DNA of 60,110 nt, counting the filler, from Jimgerdemannia flammicorona (Eukaryota), in NCBI GenBank assembly GCA_003990765.1. It is 3 parts of 3 records of this genome, joined end to end, with 100 filler letters (N's around TTAATTAATTAA, not from the genome) between each part and the next. Parts side by side here need not be neighbours in the genome. Positions count along the whole stretch, not along the records: positions 20,073 to 40,043 come from RBNJ01001790.1; 2 more parts are not named here. One strand, written 5' to 3'. The position numbers and the translations under genes were made by a program. Of this stretch, positions 25,156 through 37,360 are shown one piece after another (position 1 is the first letter of the stretch; each line of letters starts with the position of its first letter). The notes under the pieces are model-generated. The model saw only the letters and a program-made list of their open reading frames with translations, was not told where the DNA came from and searched no databases.

Positions 25156-27935
25156 AAGAGAAGTATTTATCAATACTAAGATCACCAAGCTAGAGTATAA
25201 AAAGGAAGAAACTATAAATAAGCACAGCTATACTATTGGAAATAAATTTCCACTCAAGACAGAGCTCAAGAAAATACTTTACAAATTTGAGAATGTTCTT
25301 GCTATGGACTTTAAGAATATCAAAGGAAAGACTCCATACTACTATTATAATGTAGATACTGGAGATACTGAACCAATTTATCAGAAGACAAGACCTGTAC
25401 CACCAGCCTATCAAGAATGGCTTAGAGAAGAAATCAAGCAGATAGAAGAAGCTGGCATCATCAAAGAAACCAGCAGCCCCTGGTCTTCACCAGTTGTACT
25501 AGTCTCAAAGAAAGAAAGCAAGTCTGGAGAATTTACCCCAAGACTCTGCATCAATTATAGAAAGCTCAATATAGTCATCAAAAAGGATTGCCAACTACTA
25601 CCCTATCAGTAATATCTTTATAACTCTGGAAAATAAAGTACAGTACTACAGTATCTTGAATCTATACTCAGGATTCTACCAAATTGGACTCACAGAAACA
25701 GCAAGTGAGAAATCAGCCTTTATCACTCCAGACAGAACCTATATCTACCTGTAAATACTATTTGAGATATATAATATATCAGTAAGTTTCTAGTGAATAA
25801 TGAACAAAATCTTCTGCTATAATATAGAAAGATAGATGATAGTTTATATTGATGATATAATTATCTTGATGATATAATTATCTACAGCAAGATATTTGAG
25901 GAATATCTGCAGTATATTCAGCAGATGATAGAGAAGCTAAGATAGCATAGACTATACATTAAGCTCAAGAAATATAAATTCATAGAAATTAAGATCTTCT
26001 ATCTTAGCCACATTATTAACTAAGATGGAATATATACTGACTCTCTCAAGATATAAGCAGTAGCAGTATACCCAAGGCCTACTACTGTTACTGAAGCCCA
26101 AGCCTTCATGGAACTTATCTCATACTACTACTGATTTATCAGAGAATTCTCTAACATTGCAAGCCTAATCTACAAACTCAATAAGAAGGATATTAAGTTC
26201 TAATAGACTGGCAGGCAACAAAAAGCATTTAATGAACTTAAGATCAGACTGATCCAGACACTCATTCTCAGAAGACCTAATTGGACTCAAGAATTCATCC
26301 TATAGACAGATATAAGCATATAGAGACTAGGAGCAGTCCTAGCTCAAAAGAAAGACAAAGTAGAGTATATCATTACATACCTAAGCTAAGGAATCTGAGA
26401 AGCCAAAAAAGAATATAAATTCTATAAGTTGGAATATCTTGCAGTTATCTGGACTATAGAGAAGTTTTACTACTATTTTGCTAGAAGACACTTCATCATT
26501 CAGATGGACCACTCAGCCCTCACTTGTTTATTAACCACTGGGCAACCCAAAGAAATCTATGCTAGATAGATCATAAAGTTACAAGCATATGATATAACCA
26601 TCATATACCACTTAGGAAGAACTAATATCAATGCAAATACCCTCTTATAAATACTCCAAAGGACCCCCAACCAGTAAATCAATCATGAATAAGAAGCTCT
26701 ACTATAAAATTATCACTTATCTAAGACAGTGAAAGATACTTCAACATCTGAAAGAATGGATATAAATGATTATCAACAGAACATAGAAACAATTCAAAAC
26801 TGATAAAGAAATATCAAAGAAAAAAAAGCTTCTAGTTATACCAGAATACAAGAAGGAACAAACAATGAAATCAGTATATAAACTTAATCATCTAGGAGGA
26901 ATGAATATATATGATAAAGTAAGAAGAACAATATGGTGACCAGGAATGGAGAAAGATATCAGATGATTTGTCAAGATCTGTGACAAATACCAGAAACAGA
27001 AACAAGATCAATAAAATCAAGCCCCAGAATCAGTACATATAGAATTAGTACTATTTGCCCACATTGCAATAGATGTGATTGACCCTCTACTCTTGACTTT
27101 GATGGGTAACTAATATATAATTATCATCATAGATACTTTCACAAAATGGATAGAGATAGGGCTTCTTAAGAAAGCTAATATACAGTTAATTGCTAATTTC
27201 TTTTATAAAGAAATTATCTACTAGTTCAAGACCTCAATACAAGTAACCACAGATAGAGAAATAGAATTTGTGAATTAGTTCTTTGAGGTTCTCTATAAGA
27301 AGTACAAGATCTAGTACATTTAGACTACAGCATACCATCCTCAAGAAAATGGACAGACAGAAAAGACTAACAAGACTCTCAAGAATGTTATCACTAAGAT
27401 CTGTGATAACTACAAAAACTAAGATCACTGTCTGTCAATAGTATTATCTGCTCTCTACGATATTTGATCATAAAGTTCCATTTTACCCCTTAGAAAATAC
27501 TATTCAGAGAAGAAAGTTCCCAAGAAATCTTATCATCTAATAGAGATGCTATATAGAAATACATAGATACAGAGATATGAAGACTATACCAAATCAGAAA
27601 GAAGGCTGAGAATTATATAACTAAGGTGCAGACACTATAGTGGAATAATACAGAAAAGATTCACAAGTTCCTAGAGATTATCAAGATAAGAGATAAGGTC
27701 CTGGTATATTAGAATATAGTAGAAGCTTCATGGTCATAAAAACTGGAGCCCAAGTGGGAAGGATCTTACCTTGTGTAAGATATAAAAGAGACTACCTTTT
27801 GACTATGAAAACTCTCAAGCAATCATCCCTACTACTATTCACCAAAACTAACTTAAGAAGTATCATGACCAGTCAACAAAGTATAGCCACAGCTCTCAAA
27901 ATCACTAGTACTGCACAATAGACCATAGAAAGACA

Positions 27936-28316
27936 ATGGTATACTACTGAGTCACCTATGATAGAGGAATTCTTTGATAGTATTCAAAGACACATTTATT
28001 ATAAATTTCACACTTCAAGACCTACTAGAATTGGACAGAGCTTCAAAAATACTTTAAGTTAGAATAGCTACTAAACTTGCAGTCAGAGATGATAAAAGAA
28101 GATTGGATCAGAGAGTGCCAGCTCTTCCATGTTTAGATTACTATTGCTAAACAAGTGTATAAGTTATTCAAGGAGGATAAGCCAGCCTTAGCTCACCTTC
28201 AGGAAGTGGTTTCAGGAAACTTTGTATAAGTCAGAAGACATCATTGGGAGATTGTGATGACACAGATCACACAGTATAAAGAGGTATAGATTATAGAGGC
28301 TTGGGAGTTTGAGTGA
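27936..28316 (+). pseudogene. Extra ORF downstream of integrase in element B (~127 codons, C>T-type stops)
   Basis: Single frame from ATG 27936: ..NWTELQKYFKL(E/G)*LL..ITIAKQVYKLFKEDKPALAHLQEVVSGNF..; homologous copy at ~33898-34290. Confidence 0.75.
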
Positions 28317-29089
28317 ATAGAATATTTTAGAAATAAATCATCTATTTAGAAGGAAGTTGTAATGATTGATCTGAATTAGCAATATGAATTAGGAGAATAG
28401 ATATTTGATTGTAGTATCTGAATCTGATTTCCAAATATAGTATAGCCTTATAAATAGCAGTCATGTTTTCACAAATATAGAAACTTCATAAATATAGAAA
28501 TTCTACAGATATAGAATCTTTATAATTATAGAGATTTCACAGATATAGAGAATCTATACTTGTAAAAAGTAACTTACAGGAAATATAGTATAACTTAGCC
28601 ACCTTATAGCTAGCAAACTTATATAAATATTCTAATATCTAGAGAGAATAAAACCTCAGATCAAAATAGTTCAAAGTAAAGAGAAAGTAAAGGAACTAGT
28701 AAGCCTGCAGGCAGATATACTTTGAACTCACTCTGAGAACTCTGTGAGAGTCAGAACAAGTCAAGTTTTCAAGATACAGAAATCTGCTATACTTCTGAGG
28801 TTAGGTATCTGCTATATTATATTAAATAGAGAAAGAGAATATTTATACAAGATCTGAAAGAAAGATCTGAAAAGATTTTAAAAATAAAAAGGAAAGTCAA
28901 GAAAATAGTTCTTAATAAAGATAACTAATAGAATTTTAAAATATTTTAAAAAATTCTCTAAATAATTAGTTAAGATAAAATACTTAATACTGAAAAAAGA
29001 TGAGAATATTCTAGTAAAGTCTTAATACTAAGAAAGGATTTTTAAGTATTTGAAAATACTGAAACATTGTAGAATATTAAAAAAAAAAA

Positions 29090-32000
29090 AAATAGAATAG
29101 AACTGAATCTATAAAGGACAGAAGATTGTACAAGTAATATTCATAAAGATTAAGATTCCCCAACTACAAGAGGTCTCTAAACTGACTCAAGATACAAGAC
29201 AAACTAAAGAATTTAGAAGCTCAGATAAGAAAGAAGTGCATCTTTTCCAGATTAATTACTTTAAGAAAAATACTCCTCAGCAAGTATACTATCAATCAGT
29301 CAAACTATACAAGAATCTCATCCTAGAACCAGAAGAGCAGACTATCTTCAAAATCTTTATACCATCTAATTCTAAAAATCTCTTCTTCAAACTCAATAAG
29401 AACATCAAGAATAAGGATATATATTTCCTAATAAGATAAACTCTATACACTCTTGAGCAATCAACCAAAGCTAAGAAAGCCTCATTTTGCTAAAAGAAAC
29501 CATTATAGGCTATCTGGTGTCCTACCTCAATCTGATACTCAGAGAAATTTATAAACTAATCCTATTAGAAAATAGCAGATCTCAAAAGAAAGAAAAGACC
29601 TTTTTATGATCAAAGAGAAAGTAAAGCCTTCCATCAATATTAAAGAAGAATTGATAACTCAGTAATAATAATATGTAACTAGTAGAACTCCTTCATAAAT
29701 ACTAGAATATCTTTACTATAGACTATAACAATCTACTATATAACCTATTATACTACTATAGCATAAATATAGGAAATATAATACCTATTCAACAGAAGTC
29801 TTATAGATTACTCTATTATCTAAAGAAATTTGAAAAAGAATATATTCAGGAACTCTTAGTCAATAGAGTTATCTGACTCCATGAGCCAGTCCTATACTTA
29901 TTATATCTAAGAAAGAAGAATAGAGACTCTGTATAGACTACAGAAAACTTAACTTAGTAATAGAAAAAGATATCTACTCTTTGCTCAGAATTGATGATCT
30001 CCTAGACCAATTATAAGATATCAGATATAGATTATTTTGTAGGATTTTATGAGATTCTTATAGATCTTAAGGATATTCAGAAAACAGCTTTCCTTACCCT
30101 TGAAAATCTATTTGAATATCTCTAAATGTCTTTTAGACTCTGCAATATATCCCCAACCTTCCAGAAAATAATGAACTCAGTTTATATCTTACTAGTCTAC
30201 TACTGTCTGATTATATATATAGATAATTTCAATATCTATTCAATAAATTTTGAAGAATATCTATACTATCTAGAAGAATTCTTCCAGCTTACCTATAAGA
30301 ACTACCTGAAGCTCAATACTAAGAAATACTACTTTGGAAAACAGAAACTTGAATTTCTTAAATTTATTATTTCTAAAGAAAGAATCTATACAGACTCAAA
30401 GAAAACTGAGAAGATCAACAACTGACTAGTACTCAAGACTCAGAAGGAATTACTATTATTTCTAATACTAGTATTCTACTATAGAAGATTTATCAAGGAC
30501 TTTGCCCAAATTGCTGCTCTAATTTGAACTTTTCTTAAGAAAGAAGTACTATATAAATAGACAAAACCATAAGAATTAGCCTTTAGAGTACTTAAGTAAT
30601 ATATAGCACTAATTCTTGTATAATCCAACCTATAGAAGCTATTTCTTTTATATATAGATACCTTCAAAGATAGCTTTAGAGTAGTTTTAGCCCAAGAAGG
30701 ATCTGATAAGTAGTACTATATAATAGCTTATGCAAGCTGAGCTACCAACTAACAGTAAACCAATTATAGTAACATTAAACTGGAATGACTTACAGTTATA
30801 TATATAGTTACTCTGTTTAATACTATCTTATTAAAAAAAGATTCACTTTGATAACCTACCATATTACTCTTAAATAGTCATTCAACTACAAAAAACCTAC
30901 TAGAATCCTTACTCACTGGATTCTTATCTTATAATAATATTAATATGCTTTCTTATTAATCCCAATAAACCAGAAGAAAGGTATATTGAAGAATCATACT
31001 CTAAAGGAAGTTCTTATAATCACTAATATACAAGAAGACCTCATCTGATAAGAATATCAGAAAGCCCACCAAGGACAAGCAAATATAGAAGAAAAGCTAT
31101 AAATAACATATATACTAATACTGGCTCTATCTCAGAATATAAGTTTGAGATATACTCAAGAAATATAATATCTACCAGAAGTACTAAAGAAAGAAGAATT
31201 ATCAAGTATTATTATAATCAATTGTACTACTAGATAATATCTTTTAGAGATAGAGAGTATATAGATATTATTGAACTTCTGTCAGTTATACTAAAAAGAA
31301 ATAAATATATCTTAGTATTTATAAAACATCTAACCAAATAGCCTGAAGTCTTCTCAATAAAAATTTCTGATATCTTAACCATTGTTGGCCTCCTTTATAG
31401 TCTTATACTCAGATATAGACCTTTAGAAGAACTTATTTCTGACTGAGGTACAGAATTTATCAATAATATAATTACAAGTTATACTTAAATTTATAAGATC
31501 CACCTCAACTAAACCACATTATACTACTCTTAAACTAATAGTATAATAGAATAAATAAACTAGACTATCAAGAAAGAACTTGCTCAAATAAATCCTATCA
31601 ACTGGAATCTCTACTTATCTGAGATCCTATGGAAAATTCAGAATATCTCTACTATCTCTACTAAATAAAAGTTATTCAAGATAATATTTACTAAGAATGT
31701 CAGAACTACTGATTATAAGAATCTTGGAGATCTCCTCAAAAAGGCAGAAAAAATACATAATTAAGTCTGAGCTCAGATAATTAAGATTCAGGAAAGACAA
31801 AAGTAGTATTATAACTAGAAATAAAAGGATCTGAAGATCAATATTGGAGATTAAGTACTAGTTTGGAGAAATATAATTAAAATAAACTTTACTACCAAAC
31901 TAGAGTCCAAATAGAAAAAACCTTATCTTATATATAATAAAACTAGCATCTATTTAAAAAACATAGATAGATATACTCTAAGAACTATAGTCTATATTAA

Positions 32001-33691
32001 TTACCTCAAGATATACCCACTACTCATATAATAAACTAGAAGATTGACTAGTATCTCTAGACTCTTGCTCTCAGTTTTTTCTAATTTCTACTAGTTTTCT
32101 TGCCTCAGTTCTGAGAAATCAATGGAACTTACCTTTAATAGATTCAGATATATCAAGGAATCCTTATCTTAGTAGAATATCTACTGCAGATTCACTAACT
32201 ATAGACCTACTATATAATTAGTCAACTACTGCAAAATCTTCCAGTCTCAGAACAGACCTATATCTGTAATACTACTGGTCTGTCTTAAAGGAATACTATT
32301 ACTATAGACAGACTTTATACAATTTACAAATAAAATATTATAGTACTATCTCAGCAGTTTTCTCTAAATAGCTTTTAGAGAATAATTATACTCACTTACC
32401 GAAGTATTATCAATTATATTGAAATCCTGTTCTTTAAGAAAGAGAAAGAGCTACTTGAATAGAGTGATTCAGATACTAGAAAAGATGATAGTTACTGAAG
32501 ATATCTATAGATACTATAATGATAACTAAAGAATAGTCTGAGAACAGACTACTCTTTAGTGAGAGCTAATATAATGAGCAAATAATATAGTATAGCTAGA
32601 TAATGTGAATACTTGACATAGTATTGTTATTCCTATCTAGTTACTCATATGTGCTATTACTTATAATTAGTAAGATATCAAATCAGGTTTATTGATCTGT
32701 ATTCTAAGAATATATCTGTATTTATCAGATATATCTATACTCACTAGACCCACTAGATACATCTATACCTACTAGATATATCTGATTACTCTCTTTTCAA
32801 AATAGTATTACTATATATTCTATAGTTAGCTATATAGTAACTAGATAGTAACTACAACTATATAAAATATCTCAGAGATAAGAGTGAATAAACCTCAGTC
32901 TGAAAAGTTTAAAAGTAAAAGTCAATTGTCTGATATACTTAAGAGAAATACTTGTCAAAGATTACTTAATCTAGAAAAAATTGCAATACTTAGGAGATAT
33001 ATCTATTAATAAGTTATTATTAAGAAGTTGTGAGCTTACTTTTTACTTTGGTCTACTTTCTGATATAAAGAAGAGAAGTCTATCACTCAAAGCCAGTCTA
33101 ATATAAAATGTATCTTTATAGTAAATCTATTTGTATAAATAAAGTAGTCTTTGATATAACTTTGAGAAGTCTGCTATATTTTAGTATACTTGCTAGATAA
33201 ATTCAAAAGTCTACCAATTCAGAAAGAATTCATATCAACTGAGTTATCTGCCAAATCTACTACTTATTAAGAAAAAGCCACTATTTTTAAGTAATTTATC
33301 AGTTTAGAAAGAATTCATACTATCTATCAAATTGCCAACTTATTGCTTATTAAGAAATACTATTAAATTTACTATGCTATATCAAATCACTTATATAATA
33401 TAGAGATTTTTTTACAGAAATTACATATATAAGAAAACTACTCATACTATAGAGAGATTATTACTATATTTAAGAAACTATCCTAATAAGAAAATTACTA
33501 AAATTATCCATTATATAAATAAAAAAACTTATTTAAGAATTCAGTATTGTCTTTATACTACTAAATACCAATAAAGATACTAGAAATAATTGAATATTTT
33601 ATTGCTTTTTGATAAAGTAACTAGAGACTGAAGCTAAAATATATAGTAGCCCCAATCTTATAATTTGCCTTCATTAAGTCAGCATATTACA
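29090..33691 (+). mobile_element. Heavily mutated Gypsy element C (same family as D): dUTPase C-terminus, RT, RH, IN, extra ORF (~32122-32530), 3' LTR (~32570-33691)
   Basis: Colinear with the reverse complement of 42670-44560; the LTR matches 48534-50014 and ends AGCATATTACA at 33691. Confidence 0.88.
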
Positions 33692-34738
33692 GTAGTTATA
33701 AAAACTGAAGCCTAAGTTAGAAGAACCTTATCTTATACAAAATATAAAAGAAACTACCTTTTGGCTATAAAAATTATTAGATATAATCATCCTCACTACT
33801 ATCTATTGAAACTGACTTAAGAAGTACTATAACTAACTAATAAAGTACTGTTACAGCCCTCAAGATTATAAGTGCTACCTAGTAAGCTATAGAAAGACAA
33901 TAGTGTTCTACTAAGCTACTAGTTATAGAGGAATATTTTAATAATATTCAAAGTATCTTACAGACTTACCTATTATAAATTTCACACTTTAGAGTCTATC
34001 AATATTATACTGAGTTTCAAGAGTATTTCAAGTTGAAAAAATTACTAAATAAGAAGGACATGACTAAAGAAAAATAGATTGCAGAGTGCTAAATACTCTA
34101 TACTCAGATTACTATTACTAAATATATAGATTTATAAACTATTTAAAGATGATAAGTAAGCTTTGGCCTATTTCTGAAAAGTAGTCTTAGGTGATTTCTG
34201 ATAGATAAAAAAACATTATTGAGAGAATATAATCAAGCAGATTATACAATATAAGGATATATAATTGGTCAAAATATAGAAATTTGAATAAGATGATTTA
34301 GAAATAAAATTACTTATTTAAGAGAAAGTTATGATAGTTGAGCCAAATTAGGAACAATAATTAGGGAATAGATATATATTTATATAATTATATAAAAAGT
34401 ATAACTATACAAATCTCACAATTATATAGATTTTACAGATATACAATTTGTACAGATATATATACATATGATCTCTCAACTATATAAAATGACTCACAGA
34501 AAAAGAAGTCTAACTTAGCCATTATAGTTATATATATAAATATCTCTAGTATCTAAAGTAAATAAATTTCAGATCAAAATAGTTTAAGTAAAGAGATAAG
34601 AAACTAGTAAACCTGTAGGCAAATATACTTCAAACTCACTCACTCTATATCTGAGAACTCTAAGGAGTTAAAAAAGATCAAATATTCAAGATACAGAAAT
34701 CTGCCATACTTCTGCCAGTATATATCTACTATATTATA
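33692..34738 (+). mobile_element. 3' end of a second family-B element (B'): integrase tail, extra ORF, PPT, LTR (~34330-34738)
   Basis: Paralogous to 27725-28821. Confidence 0.85.
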
Positions 34739-36037
34739 CTAGTTAAGATATAATACTTAATAATACAAAAAATTTCAAGAATTTCTAAGAATTCAGAAGG
34801 TATTAAAATATTGTGAAATATTCAAGAAAAGGTAAAAAAGACTAGAGAAAAGATATAAAAATATACTATAACTAAGATATAACTAAGAAATTATTATAAA
34901 GTCTGAGAATTTTTAAATTATATACTAATAGAAAGATAAAAAGAAGTTAGTTCTTAAATATCTTATTTATAAGAATTTAAAATATAGTAAATATATGTAT
35001 TGATAAGATCAAATACTAAGATAAGAAACTTGAAGAGACTAAAGGAGATTATGAAAGTAGTCTTAGAGATATCCTTAAACTTGATTTAAATTTGATGATA
35101 ATCAGATATAAAATTAAGCTTAGTAAATTACTTAACATTCTTGAGTACTTTATAACTTCTTTCAGAGAACTAGGTTCTTTTAGTTCAACTTTGACTTATG
35201 TGTTTCCTTTTAATTCACAGATATCGTAGTCAATCTTCTCATTCTTAAAATATTGTACATATGTTCCATGGGATATCGGGCTTTGTCTGAGCGCCCAGAC
35301 CAAATACTAGAAAAATCATTTGTGATGAAGGCGGTTCGGGTGAGACCAGGTTCGCAATGCGTCGACGTGAAGAGTAATATTTCGTCGGAGACGCCTGCAA
35401 GATATATGATGGTAATTTGAGAGCCAGAGATAAGGCGACAACGACATCGCACTTTAGTGGCACTTGAGATAAGGATTTAAGCGACGTTTTCCGTGCCAAC
35501 TACTTCGGATGGAATGTGTTGTGGTCGAGCAAGGGCACTGTACTTCTACAACACTAGAAGATTTCAGGCAGTTTAAGCATTGGGAAACGTAATCGATCAA
35601 GTCTTCAAAGCGCATTATAATTACATCGCGAATGCAATAAATAAACATTATATTCGATCTCACTAATTATGTATTTGGTATAGATGTGATTGCGTTTTTA
35701 TTCTGAGTCATAATTTTGGAGGGTGGTAGTTGCTGCCTGCCGATTGCGTCGGTTTCGAGCTCATCATGAGATACGTGCAGAAACGCTGATTCCGTATATT
35801 TAGCTTTCATTGCATTTATTTATTTGGAATTTACAAACGCGAAGGTAGCTTTTAGCCCCCGAAAAGAAAAATGAGAAAACTCATTGGTTTGATGTCGTTA
35901 TCAATACAATTTACATGTCGCGATGAAAAAACACACTAAGCAAATCCTTGAAACCCTCGCTCACACCACCATCGCACCCTCGACGACCGTTTGCTGGGTC
36001 CCTCGGATTCGCAATTAGTTTCGCGTTGATGATCGGA

Positions 36038-36541
36038 CTAACAATCGCTGTCAGTATCGCAATCAGTTGTGTGATGGTCGGAGCAAGATGACTCGTGGTC
36101 GGAGCATGATGTGTCATGGTCGGAGCAAGACGTTTCATCGTCGGAGCAAGACGTTTCATGGTCGGAACAAGACGTTTCATGGTCGGAGCAAGACGTTTCA
36201 TCGTCGGAGCAAGACGTTTCATCGTCGGAGCAAGACGTGTCATGGTCGGAACAAGACGTGTCATGGTCGGACGTGTCGCAATCAGAGTAGCGGGGCTTGT
36301 GGTCGGACTCGGAGGAGTGGCAAGACTCGTCGGAATCATGGTGGTGCTTCTTAATCGGATCACAAGGCTTCTTCCCCTTCTTCGATTTCTTCCCTTTGCC
36401 TTTCGGAGCGGGATGCGTAGGTTCTCCTCTGCGTGCGAGGGCGGCACTATCCCTATGGGCAATGGGGATTGGGGTGGACATGACAATGGTGGCGAACATC
36501 GCCAGGAGGACAAGGGGGACGAGGGCGTTGGAAGGCTTCAT
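36038..36541 (-). CDS. Small secreted protein (167 aa): signal peptide, dibasic RR site, Lys-rich patch, HHH, nine SCSD[HD]xx heptad repeats; candidate metal-binding or effector protein
   Basis: MKPSNALVPLVLLAMFATIVMSTPIP hydrophobic leader; intact ORF in a CpG-rich island; TATAAAAG ~90 nt upstream; AATAAA at ~35820-35815. Confidence 0.85.
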   Translation of the reverse strand: MKPSNALVPLVLLAMFATIVMSTPIPIAHRDSAALARRGEPTHPAPKGKGKKSKKGKKPCDPIKKHHHDSDESCHSSESDHKPRYSDCDTSDHDTSCSDHDTSCSDDETSCSDDETSCSDHETSCSDHETSCSDDETSCSDHDTSCSDHESSCSDHHTTDCDTDSDC

Positions 36542-36626
36542 GATGATGGAGAGGAGAGGAGATGAGGGTATGAGATTGCGAAGTGGGCTGATGAGGCTGT
36601 CGGTTAATGAGTGCTGAGGATGTGTG

Positions 36627-36634
36627 CTTTTATA
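36627..36634 (-). promoter_or_regulatory. TATA box of the secreted-protein gene
   Basis: TATAAAAG on the minus strand, followed by a CT-rich leader to the ATG at 36541. Confidence 0.7.
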
Positions 36635-37087
36635 CACAACATTTGGGTGGATGGCACGTCTGGAGGGTAGCTCGACTTGTTTTTGGTATGTCCACAAGAG
36701 CCCGTTACGGCCTGTTTTTTTTTTAAAAAAAGCGCATTGTTATTTTTGGGTGCTTTGATATTAAATAATTCACATTTTTTATCGTAAATAATACACATTG
36801 TAAATAAATGCGAGAGGACCCTTCGCAACAAGCCACCCTGAACGTTTTCCATGCTATATTTGAATGCATGGCTATTTATAGACCATACATCGAGCTAACG
36901 ATCCTCGGAGGCGGATTTTTCTATTTTCGCCAACTGTCATCCAAGCGCCACTATTTCTTTAAACTGGGTCAACTTGGTCTAAAAATAGGGTACTTCATAT
37001 ACATAACTTATGGTAATTGACAGCGATCCGATTTCGGATTCTATTTGTGCAACTCCAAAATAGCCATCAAACCGGTTGTTGACGATC

Positions 37088-37360
37088 ATTTTCAAAGTCG
37101 TTTGCGACGCGTGACACCTCGTGAGCAGGGGTTTGCGATCTTCGCGTCTTATCGAGTGCATATTTTTCAAAGTTATTTGCGACGCGTGACACCTCGTGAG
37201 CCCTATAAACGACATATTTTCTAAAGTCGTTTCCGACGCGTGACACCTCGTGAGCACTTTAAACAGCATATTTTCCAAAGTCGTTTGCGACGCGTGACAC
37301 CTCGTGAGCACTATAAACGGCATAAGTGAGCAGGGGTTTGCGTCTTCGCGTCTTATCGAG
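37088..37360. repeat. Tandem array of four ~38-bp cores TTTTC(A/C)AAAGTCGTTTGCGACGCGTGACACCTCGTGAGC (spacing ~74/54/54), plus a second 35-bp duplicated motif (37121, 37326)
   Basis: Read directly; each core contains ACGCGT. Confidence 0.88.

Larger units (their letters stand above)
21787..28821 (+). mobile_element. Degenerate Gypsy element B: partial 5' LTR (~21787-22112), gag, PR, dUTPase, RT, RH, IN, extra ORF, PPT, 3' LTR (28358-28821)
   Basis: LTR direct repeat ending (G)CTATATTA(C/T)A; decayed PBS T(A/G)GTGCTC; CYTCGEDH knuckle ~22988; IIDIEAEG (decayed DTGA) ~23612; SSPWSSPVVLV..RLCINYRKLN; YIDD ~25845; TAYHPQENGQTEK ~27325; PPT TTTAGAAGGAAGT. Confidence 0.92.

Noticed and set aside
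27936..28316. Calling the extra Gypsy ORFs env genes
   Set aside because: Too short, and no signal peptide, furin site or transmembrane helix is visible.
35210..35700. Short ORFs in the CpG-rich stretch downstream of the secreted-protein gene
   Set aside because: No recognisable motif or coherent exon structure by eye; cannot be supported as a gene.
35911..36697. Alternative frames over the secreted-protein gene (TMKRLAP repeats, antisense ORFs, the 52-aa longer start at 36697)
   Set aside because: The 21-bp repeat keeps several frames open; only ATG 36541 gives a signal peptide and lies downstream of the TATA box.
37088..37360. CRISPR-like repeat/spacer appearance
   Set aside because: The spacers are similar to each other and short, there are no cas genes, and the context is eukaryotic.
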